A stretch of DNA of 64,000 nucleotides, taken from assembly GCA_004431415.1 (NCBI GenBank), contig QPMI01000439.1, forward strand, positions 310,001 to 374,000, given 5' to 3'. The notes below the pieces were generated by a model. It made no database searches and was not told the origin of the DNA. It worked only from the letters and a program-made list of their open reading frames with translations. Every line of letters starts with the position of its first letter. The first letter of the stretch is position 1. The position numbers were made by a program, and so were the translations under genes. This document shows positions 11,743 to 22,283 of this stretch, piece by piece. The DNA comes from Cyanophora paradoxa CCMP329 (taxonomy: Eukaryota > Plantae > Glaucophyta).

Positions 11743-14700
11743 TCACTGCCGGGCCGGTGCCGGCGCCGCGCCGGGGCCGGCGCCGGTGCCGGCGGTGGCG
11801 AGCCAGGCGGCGATCGCCTCGACCTCGCGGCGGCAGTCGGGCACAACCGCCGACATGTTCATCCACCCGTGGCTGCGCCGGGCCGGGGCGGGGCGGGGCG
11901 CGCGCCGCTCGGTCAGCGGAGCCTCGGAGGCGTCACGCTTGAGAGCGGATCGGCTTAGAGGTTCTTCCATACAAGTGCCACGGGCGCGTTCGCGTACTTC
12001 TTATCTCATATATTTAATACCCCCGATCGCGGCCTATAAATAGACTCGCCCAGAAGAAGGCCGCGGGCGCGGGCGCACCAGAAGCCTTGGAGGAGGCGGA
12101 GCTCGGAGGGCGCCCCCGCGGCGGCGAGGCGCCGGTGGAAGGTCGTCGCGTCGTCCAGCAGCGGATCCATGTCCCCTGGGGAGGGGGGGGGGGGGGTTGT
12201 TCAGAGGAGGCGGCGGCGGCGGGAGGCGCGGGGGCGGGGGGGGGGGGGGGTAGCGGGATGGCGGGGCGGGGACGGGAGGAGGAGGAGGCGGAGCAAAGGG
12301 CGGCGAGGGCGGGGGCGGACCGACGACGATGAGGGTGGGGGGGAAGCGAGCCAGCATCGCCCCGGGGGCCAGGACGGGCGAGATGTACCTGCGGGGGTAC
12401 AGAGAAAGAGGCCGAAATCAGAGGGGAAAGGGCGAGGGGGACCTCTATCCCGAAGAGGCGGGGAGAGGGCGGGCGGGTTCAGACTGGGGGTACAGGGGTA
12501 TCTCGTTCGCCTAACTACTACCCCTCTATCTCGCAAGCAGAGGCGGAGGGGCGCGATCCTCCCCCGCCCCCGCCCCCGCCCCCGCCCCCAGCGCGAGCTC
12601 TGGATGTCCGAGTTGGGCGTCTAGGGCGAGGGGCGGCGACGAAGGTCCAGCCCGCCCCCTCGCCGCTCTGACTACCTGTAGGGTCTAGAGCGTCTAGAGC
12701 GAGCTGAGCAGCGGCACGGCGAGCTCGAGCGACGGCGATGGCCCCCTGCCCGCTGCCCGTCTCTCTCTGCCCCGCGCACATGTTCTCGTGTCCCCTGGGC
12801 GCGAGCTCGCCGAGGTAGGCGTCCAGGGAGAGCCGCATGAACGCCGAGTTCAGCATCGGGTCGAAGCAGCTGCGCGGCGGGGCGTCAGAAGCCGAGGGGA
12901 GAGCGCTCGCGCTCTACCTATCTCTAGCGCTCTTATGGTTGCGGCGCAGCGCGGCGCCTAGGATAGCCGCGGCGCGGCCGTCAGAAGCTTAGGGGGAAGG
13001 CTTCTGCTGCCTGACTGACTGCGGCTAGAGCGCTCTATCTGTTGTGCTCTTTTGACTGCGGCGCAGCGCGGCGCCTAAGATAGCCGCGGCGTGGCCGCGC
13101 GCGGCGTCGTCGCGCACCTTAGGAGCCGGGAGGGCGTCACGGCCTCTGCCACGTACGTAACGGGGTACTCCAGCACGGCCGCGTCCGGCAGGCGAGCCCC
13201 CTCCGCGATCAGCTGCGATCGGGCCGGCGAGGTCAGGTGAGCGATCGGCTGGGGGTTGAGGTTCGAGGGGGGTACCGCGTGCACGGACCCGCAGGATAAG
13301 AGAGGCGACGAGGTTGCCCCCGCAGCTGTCGCCGCTGAGAACGATGCGCTTCCCGCTCCATCCCACGCGCTCCGGGTTGGCAAGGAGCCACTGCGCGCCG
13401 GAGCGCGGATGAGCGTGCAGCGGGCGCGGTGGGTACTCGGATCGGAAGGGAGGGAGGGAGTGGGGTACCTGGTACGCCGTGTACACGTCCTCTAGCGCGG
13501 CGGGGAAGCGGGACTCGGGCGATTTGCGGTAGTCCAGAGAAAGGAGGGGGTACCCCGTGACCCTGCGGGGGTTCGGCGTCGGAATCCGGGCGGGAGCCAG
13601 GGGGGTACGGGGAAAGGCGCACTTGGCGAAGACACGGGTGTACATAGAATGGGAGAAAGGGGACATGGCGACGAAACCGCCGCCGTGGGCGTGGAGGATC
13701 ACAGAGTCGCTGGTTCGAATCAAAGCGGGGCCGTTTCGAAAGAGACAGGAAGGGGGGTACAAACCTGAGGCCGCGGCCCGCGGAGGGGCGGGCGCCGGCG
13801 GGGAAGCAGGAGCAGCCCCGCGGGGGGCTACCCGGGAGGGAGATGGGGTACACGACCTCCGACTGCGGGGGGCGTGACGAACGTAGGGGGGAGGAGGGGC
13901 ACGCGGGGGGGTACTGCACCAGCAGGAGGCAGGGGATGGAGACGGATCCGACGAAGGGGTACGCGAGCTTCGGGCAGAGCTTTTCGAAGGTGTGGTCGGG
14001 GAAGGCGGGCTTGGTCTTAGAAGACGACGGGGAGGAGGGGGGCGAGGACTCGGAGGGGGAAGGAAGGGCGGGTATGTCGAAAGTCTTGTCGATGGCGATG
14101 AAAGGACGTATGATTCGCACGGAAGCGCTCCCCAGGACGCGCTCGTCCATCCAGGACCACATCTTCCGCGCCACGTCGATTGTGAGGTGGTGCAGCCGCG
14201 AGGCGAGCTGCGGGGCGGGGCGGCCAGTCAGCGCGCGGGGCGAGCGCGAGTGAGCGATCGCAGAGCAGAAGGGGACGCGCTTTGTCTGCCGAGCGGCGCT
14301 TGGAGAGGAGGTACCAGCCCGCGGCGGGGACGAAGCCGATGCCGGCCGGGAGCGGGTGGAATGTTTCGAGGGCAACGAGCATCGACGCGAGGCCCGTCAC
14401 GAGCAGGTCGAGCTGCGCGCGTATCCCCGCGCGATACTGCGGAAGGGCGTCAGATGCGGGAAAGAGGGGAAAGATGCGGGAACGATCCGGTCTGGCGGCG
14501 TACCTCCTTCCGGCTCGACATGTGCGAGAAGACCGCTGGCAAGTTGAGGCGAGCGACGGCAGCGTCGTACTGCGACATGGCCCCGGCGCTGAAAGGCAGC
14601 TGGACGCCCTCCAGCTCACGCCAATCGGCCGTGGTCGCTAGGGCGACGGCGAAGACCTCGCGGACAGAGGCCAAGCGCTCCCGGATGGAGTTTGCGAACC

Positions 14701-15013
14701 GAGCACAGCGGCGGGACGCGAAGAACTCGCGGCCGGTCTCCAGGTCGGCCAGGCGACATTTGATCTTCTCGAGGAGCGAGGCGAGGACGGAGAGGATGCT
14801 GCCAAAGCCGTCCGTGCTGCGAGTCCCGCGCTCGAGCTGCTGCTTGCGGTCCTCGAAGAGGGCGCGCAGCGATTCCAGCGCGTCGTGGAACTCGCTGAAC
14901 TGAGCCGCGTCCGTACCCTTCAGCTTCTCCAGGACGGCTGCAGAGCGCTGGCTGAGTTCCCTCAGCTCTTCCAGCACCGCCTGCGCGGCGCCGGTGCAGT
15001 CCACAGCCACCAT
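11743..15013 (-). CDS. Hormone-sensitive lipase-like alpha/beta hydrolase with long helical N-terminal region
   Basis: Spliced motifs ILHAHGGGFVAMSPFSH, LSLDYRKSPESRFPAALED, VLSGDSCGGNL (nucleophile Ser), DPLLDD (Asp) and HGWMNM (His). Confidence 0.88.
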
Positions 15014-15074
15014 CGCCTCTCGCCCCTGTACCCGGCAAATACGTGGTGGCTTCCGCTCCACACTTGAAAACGGG

Positions 15075-16713
15075 ATGTTCAACCTCTTCGGGCGCGGGCG
15101 GCCCTCGTCACAGGAGCTGCGGTGCGCTCGGCGAGGAGCGCGGGGCGAGAGCGCGCCCTCATCTGACTCGGCGAACGCAGGGACAAGCAGGTGCAGTCGC
15201 TGTCGCAGCACGTCCTCAACCTGCGCTCTCTCGACGCCAGCAAGTCGACATTCGAGGCCACGGCGCGTCGCCCCTGCCGCCTCATGCGTGATGCCTCGCT
15301 GAGCGTGCGGGTGCAGGTCCAGGTCCCTCCGACAAACGCCTCGATCGTCCTGCGCATCTCCCTTCCTCCCAACTTCCCGCAAGAAGCCTCGCCGACGGTC
15401 GCGCTGGTCCAGCCGCCCTGGGGCTGCACACACCGTGCGTCCGGCCTGCCGCGGCCTGCGCCGGCGCACGGAACGGCTCTTGACCGCCCCGCAGCATGGC
15501 TGGACGGCCAGCAGGTCGTGACAGGCCACGACGGTGAGCCCGCGCCCGCTCAGAATAAGTCGGTGACAGCAGGCCGCCGCTCACGCGCCGCGCAGCGCTC
15601 CGGAGGTGGTCCTCTGACCGCGACATCGGCAAAGTGGTGTCGGAGATCATAAGAGAGTTCACAATCAGGCCGCCGCGGCTACCGGGGGCGTCGCCGCACG
15701 CCCAGCGCGCCCCCTCCTTCCCGAACGCCAAGTGAGCGCGCCGCGCGCGCGCGCGCCGCCCCCGTTTGGGCGCACCTGACCTTTCGCGCGCCTCCAGCGG
15801 CGCACGCGCCTCCAACGGTCGCGCGGAAGACGACGGCTGGACGCTTGTGTGCGTTGAGTTGCCGCACCCGTCGCGCGCGCCGCCGCCGTACCCCCCGCTC
15901 ACGCGCCGCCTTCTCCTCAGACCCCGCGTGAACCTCACGGTACCCAGCGACTTCCCGGAGCTCCACAGCAAGACCTCCGCCGAGCTCGAGGTCCTCGAGA
16001 GCGACCGGTACCCCCCCTCTTCCCTCCCAGCACGCGTACCCCCCGTTCCTCGCCGACCCGACCGCAGGGCGACCTTTGACTCGTTCATAGCGGGGCTCGA
16101 CTGTATTAAGGAGGCGAAGCGCCTGCGGGCCGACCTGGCCAAGGCCAACGCCGACCAGGAGCAGAAGAACGCAAAGCTCCAGCAGGAGGTCTCGACCCTC
16201 GAGCAGGAGGCGAGCGAGCGAGCGGCGTACCCCCGCCGCATCCCCGGCCGCTCACGCGGCGCAGGTGCGGAGGCTGGGCGACGCGCAGCGCGAGCGGCGA
16301 ACGAAGTTGGAGGCGTCCGTCAGGAGACAGCAGGCCATCGCCGAGGTCCGAGCGGGCCCAGGGCCCAGTGGCTTGGCTCAAAGAAGACCGCGGCTGACGC
16401 TCGCCTTTTTGGTCGCAGCGGAATTCAGTCGCGAGCCTCGCGCGGGCCGTGCAGGGCGCCGCGGAGGAGGTGGACCGGCGGACGGAGCGGCTGGCGCAGT
16501 CGTTCATACGCGGCGAGACCGACGCGCGCGCTTTCATGGAGAAGTACATGAAGGCAAGTGAAATTTTTGAATTTAGATCGATTTCCGGATGACTAGTACT
16601 TGGTGAACTCGCTGATCGGTGAACTTCGTTCGCAGGAGCGGACGGCGTACCACAGGCACATGGCGAAGCGCGAGTGGCACCTCGCCTCGGCGCAGGCGGG
16701 CAGGCCGCTGTAG
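15075..16713 (+). CDS. VPS37: ESCRT-I subunit VPS37 (N-terminal UEV-like domain, C-terminal Mod(r) domain)
   Basis: LRISLPPNFPQEASP, WLDGQQVVTGH, FPELHSKTSAELEVL, a coiled coil, and C-terminal AEEVDRRTERLAQSFIRGETDARAFMEKYMKERTAYHRHMAKRE. Confidence 0.85.
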
Positions 16714-17480
16714 CCTGCGCTGTACCCCAGCAGTAATTATACATACATACATCCAGGCGGGCAGCTGTACATGTGCGCAAGCCGCGAGGGGCTGGTGGAG
16801 GCTCGATCAGAATAGACCGGGGGTGTGCATGCATACGCATTTGCCGCTGCCAGCCGCGGTTTTAATTAGAATCAGCCGCGCACTTGAATTTCATGCCTGA
16901 CTCAGGCTGAGTGACGGCTGAGTCGACGTCGGCGCCCGGCCCGCGGCGCCCGGCTAGCGCTTGCAATTGCAACAACGATCGTTCCGTACATATATCGATA
17001 TTTATAAGGCCTCGGCCTAGGGCAGGCGCTAGCTGGCCATGGCCGCTGCACATGCAATTCAAATTCTGCACTAAATATATTATTAATCGCTTGAAATCAT
17101 CAGTGAGATTGATTAAATGGACATCGATATCGACATCATGATTACGTATACGTATACTTGATTACTAAGTCTGCATCATCCTCGACTTCCGGCTGTTGGA
17201 TCGGATCCTCCAGGGCGCCCTCAGCTAGCGCTGGCGGCTCGGCCGGCCGCGGCGCCTGCGCAGCATATATATGCATCCGCGACCGCGACCTCGATGGGCG
17301 GCAGCTGCAGGGCCTGCGCGGCGGGGTGCCCGGCGCGCCGCTGGTCCTCCAGGTATTCCGCCGGCGTCTGCATCATGGCATCGCTGCAGCTGCAAGCTGC
17401 ATGGCCTGGCGCTAGCTGTACCCCGGCCAGACCGATCGCCGATCAGCAGCAGCTTAGCAGCCTCGGCGTACGCTTGCACG

Positions 17481-20400
17481 ATGCTGCTGGCGCCCGGCCA
17501 GCGCGTGCGGGCGATCCGCGCGCGCTCGGTCCAGACGCAGGACGACTCCGCGGCCGGGCGGGCCGCGCGGGCCTTCGGCGTCCGCGGCGAGCGCGTCGAG
17601 GCGTACCTGGACGACGCGGAGTTCGAAGCGAGGAGGAGCGAGGCCGGGGATGGCGCGGGCGCCGTGCTCGACGTCCCCGACCTGTTCGTGGTCCCGGGCT
17701 TCATCGACTCGCACATCCACGTCCAGTGAGCATTCTCCGACATCCGTGACGCGCGTACGCGTCGCTCACGCGTCGCGCTCGAGCTCGCAGCATGTATGGA
17801 GAGCATCTCGAGAACGTGGACCTGACGGGGTGCGCCTCGATCGGCGAGCTGCAGGCCCGCCTGCGGGCGCGCGCGGCCTCGAGCGCCACCCCGTGGATCT
17901 GCGGGTTCGGCTGGGAGCAGGATCTCTTCGCGGAGCGGCGGATGCCGACGCGGCGGGACCTCGACGCGGCCGTCCAGGATCGCCCCTGCTTCCTCTGGCG
18001 CGCCTGCTTCCACGTCGCCGCCTGCAACAGCGCCGCGCTCGCCGCCGCCGGCATCGACGGTAATCTTCGGCGCTCGCGTTCACGCGGTCGCTCGCCTCTC
18101 TGCAGCTGACGCCCCCGCGCTCGATCGATCTCGTCCTCAGCCGCGGGCCCGCCGGACCCGCCCGGCGGGAGCATCGACCGGGACCCGGCGACAAGCGAGC
18201 CTCTCGGGCTCCTCCGCGAGTGGGCCGCGGTCGAGCTCGTCAAGAAGCACGTCCCGGCGCCCTCGCCCGAGCAGCGCCTGCGGTACCTCGAGGTCGCCAC
18301 CGCCAAGCTCGCCCGGGTACGCATGCATGCACGCGGCTCTTGTTTCCGCTTACAGAAGTTGGGCCCGCGTCATCTAGCCCCGCCTTTAGCTTCTTCGCTG
18401 CCGTCTGACGCGGCCCCAGGCTCATAGAGGCTCCGCTGCCGCTTTTAGAAGCTCTCCCTTGGTTAGCTTCGCTCCGGATCTTGTCTGACGCGGCGCGGCC
18501 GCGGTCCGGCCCGGGGCGCGTGCAGCTGGGCGTCACGAGCGTGCAGACGAACGACGGGGACGGCGCGCGGGCCGTGTACGAGGCGCTGCGGGCGCGGCGC
18601 GCGGCGGCGGGGCGCGCGCCTCCGCTCCCGCTCCGAGTCTACCTTACACCCATGTACGACGAGGTGCGCCCGGCCGTGGAGCTAGAAGATGCTTGTCGAC
18701 ATCTGCCGCCCGTCGCTAGCTAAATAGTTCTATCGGGCTATCCTCTAAGGACGAGCTTATACAAGCGCCGCCCGACGCTGGCGTGAAGCGGGAACTGGAT
18801 CATAAGCTTGAGCCCAAGCTTTTTGAGCTATCTTATAAGCTCACAGGGCGCCCGCGGCAGTTGGAGGGGCTCGCTGCGAGCGGCGCGCGGACGGGCCAGG
18901 GCGACGACTGGCTCCGCTGGGGGCGCGTCAAGGTGCCGTACCCCTCCCCGCTCCCTTCCCCCTGGGGACCTCTGTACCCCCCTCCGGTCTCAGCCACCTG
19001 CAGATCTTCGCGGACGGCAGCCTGGGCGCCCGGGTCCGTACCCCCCGCCCTGGATCAGCCTGCCTCTCTACCCCCTTCCTCTCTCGACCCTCCCGCGGAG
19101 CCCTCTAGGCCAGAGCCCTGCGCCCCTTCCTCAGGACGAGCCGCCTCTCCCCCCTCGTCCCTTAGCCGCGATCCGCCTCTACGTCCGTACCCCTCCCCCT
19201 CCGCCCTCCCCCCCCCCCCCCCCCAACTTCTAGCATCTAGCCGCCACTTCCGCCCCTTCTTCTTCAGACCCCGCACCCCATCCGCCTCTAGCTGCGACCC
19301 GACCCCCCCCCCCCCCCCTGAGCCCACCCCCGCAGACGGCGGCGCTGGAGGCGCCGTACGCGGACGCGCCGGCGCCCCCGCCGGAGGCGTCGGCCTCGGG
19401 CCACGCGGGCGGGGCCGCCGACGAGTGCTGCTGCAGCCGCGGGCTCCTCCTCCGCCGTGCGCGTACCCCCCCTTTCCCACGAGCCGCGCCTGAGCCTCAC
19501 CTGAGCGCAGCGGCCTCGGAGCTGCACGAGGCGATTCGGAGGGCGCACGGGGCCGGCTGGGCCCTCGAGACGCACGCCATCGGTGACCGCGCCGCCGAGG
19601 TGCGGGTACCCCGCGGGGGGGGGGGGGGGGCGGGGAGGGGGAGGAGGAGGAGGGGCCTTGGACCGGGCCCTCCTAGAGGTCATCCTCCTCCCGGCCCTCC
19701 TCTCAACGCGTACTACGGTACCCCTGCGCAGGCCGTGATTTCGGGGTACGAGGCGCTCAAGGACCCCTCCGCCCGCCCCGTCCTCACCCACGCCCAGGCG
19801 CGCCCTCTCGCGCCCCCTTCTTCCCCCCCTAAAGATAGAGCCGGACTGCCCCCCCCCCCCTTCTAAAGATAGAGCCGGACTGCCCCCCCCCTTCTAAAGA
19901 TAGAGCCGGACTGCCCCCCCCCCTCCCCTCCCCCATCCCCTCCCTTCCTCTACTACCCCTCCTTCTCCCTCCTTCCCCGGACTACCCCCCCCCTCCCACC
20001 CCCTCTTTTTCCCCCCTATTCGTCCTCCTCTAGCAAGAGCTGATCGGCACCTGTCTCGGCAACCACCCCCCACCCCCCCCCCCCCCCCCTCCCCCGCCTT
20101 TTCCCCGGCCCGGGCCCCCGGCCTCCGAGGGGGCCTCCCCCGCCAGCCAGTCACCCTGCACCCCCCATTCCCCACTACTAAGCTGCCCGTCCCATACCGG
20201 CCCACCCCATCCATCCCGCGGAGCTGACCACATCGCTTCGAACCCGCGCAGGTGCTGTCGCGGGGCCAGGTCGGGCGGGTGGCGGCGGCCGGCGTCGTGG
20301 CGAACATCCAGCCGGCCTTCCTCAACACCGACCACAAGTGAGTCTACTAGGCTAGATGCGTCACCAGGGCTACACAAAATCACAGAGATCAGATCAAACT

Positions 20401-21168
20401 TTCTTTATAGGATCTCTCACGAAGATCACAAATTAGCCCTCCGAAGGCTTCCAAAATCATTGTAGATTCAGGACCGCGGCGGCAGGGATTGAATTCCTCA
20501 TGCCTAGGGACCCTTGCTTGCTGCCGCTGACGCGCCCGACCGACCAGGTGGGCGGAGCAGCGGCTCGGCCCCGAGCGCATGGAGACGGTATCCCCCTCTA
20601 CCCTCCAGCCCCCGTGCCCCCCGCCCCCGAGCCCGTCTAAGGCTTGGCCCCCGCCAGGCGTACGCGTGGCGTACCCTCCTGGAGGCGGGCGTCCACTGCG
20701 CGGGCGGCTCCGACGCGCCCGTCGAGTCGCCGGTACCCCCCGCCCCGCCCCTCAAGTTTCGCTCCGCTTTCGGTACCCCCCCTAATATTCCCCCCGCAGG
20801 ATCCGATGCTGGGAATGCACACGGCGATCAACAGGCAGGACGCCGGCGGGCGGCCCGAGGGCGGCTGGCGGCCTCAGGAGAAGCTCTCCCCGGCTCAGGT
20901 CAGATCTGATCAGATCTGATCCGATCTGATCCGATCCAATTTGATCTGATCTGATCAGGCCCTGCGACTCTTCACGGAGGGGGGGGCCTACGCCGAGTTC
21001 GCGGAGGGGTACAAGGGCAGGCTGGCGCCGGGGTACCTCGCCGACTTCGTTCTCCTGGACCGGGACCCCCTCCTGGAGTCCTCGTACCCCGGGGCGCGGG
21101 TCCTCCTCACCGTCGCCGGGGGGGTAGTGACGCACGCGGCGGGGCAGGAAGATGACGGGGCGGGGTAG
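17481..21168 (+). CDS. Amidohydrolase family 3 (YtcJ-like) metallohydrolase
   Basis: [21 protein letters not shown]...[64 protein letters not shown]. Confidence 0.92.
19829..19925. repeat. Intronic tandem triplication of ctaaagatagagccggactg + poly-C
   Basis: Three identical copies starting at ~19829, 19863 and 19894, separated only by C-runs. Confidence 0.9.
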
Positions 21169-22283
21169 CGGGTTTCGTTTAAGGAGTCGTTATTTAATTT
21201 TAGAAATACGTTGCGATTAAACGCGTACGTAGCGTCATCTGCCAGAGGCTGCATGATCCCGTCACTGTCCATGGACCGTTCCCCTGCCCTTGCACTTATC
21301 TTTGTGCGGCCAAACCTCGCGATGGAAACGCCGAGGCGCGCGCGCGCGCAGCCGCGAGCCGGGCCCCCCTGTGCCCGAGCAGATCAATTCATTGCCTTGG
21401 ACGTGGGCCCGATCGGGAGAGTGGGACGTTGATCAGGCCGGCCCGGGGAGGAGGTTCCGAAGTTTGTGCCGCCCAGCTAGCTATAGGCGCTGGTACGCGG
21501 GGGTGAGAAGCGGAGTGCCGGGCGAGGGGCGAGGTCCGCGAGGATGAAAATGAACGTGACTCTGAAGATCTAGAGGGCGAGATCTAGATTCACAAGGCCC
21601 GCGCCCGAAAGCGAACATCACTGATGATCAGCGACATCATGATCAGGGCCGCGCTGGGGGCGAATTCGAATTCTGGGGAAGGGGGGGGAGGGGGGGATGA
21701 ACTTTGCAGGCCCCGCGCCGGCCTGTGGTGGGGAGACTGCATGTATATACGTAGATCATATATATCCCTATAGGGGCCCGTGCGCGTGCGCTAGGGTAGG
21801 GGTTCCCGGTTCTGAGTCGACCGAGTCGCCGAACCGTTGAACCCCGTTATAATTACGTATACTAGCCAAAAAACACAGGGGCGGCTGTAACCGTTGTATG
21901 ACGGCCGACACAAGCACGCCAGCTGCGTGAGCGCTATAGCGGGTTCGTTAAACGTTCAATTACAATGCCCGACGGCTAGCGCTGCGGCCGCGCGGCCTGG
22001 CCATGGGGAAAGCTTTGGACCCGACTGGAACGGATTGAGCGCGCGTTTATCGAGTAGAAAGAACCGAAATTACAGTTAGGCCGAATTGCAGGTTGGAGCC
22101 TAGCTATATAGGAACGGGGGAAGGTGGGGGATGGGGGGGGATGGGGGGATGGGGGGGGGGGGGGGGGGGGGGGCGGGGGCAGAGGAGGGAAGGGGGCGCG
22201 GAGGGGGGAGGGAGGGAACAGGAGTTAACGTTTTAATTTCAGGCCAAGTTGTCCGCACTCCATTTCATGATAATGATGATTCG

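Noticed and set aside
19829-19925. CRISPR-like array
   Set aside because: Only three copies separated by C-runs rather than unique spacers; intronic, eukaryotic context, no cas genes.
22120-22215. Poly-G tracts as functional G-quadruplex or telomeric elements
   Set aside because: G/C homopolymer runs are ubiquitous in this window and their lengths may be unreliable; no telomeric repeat unit is present.
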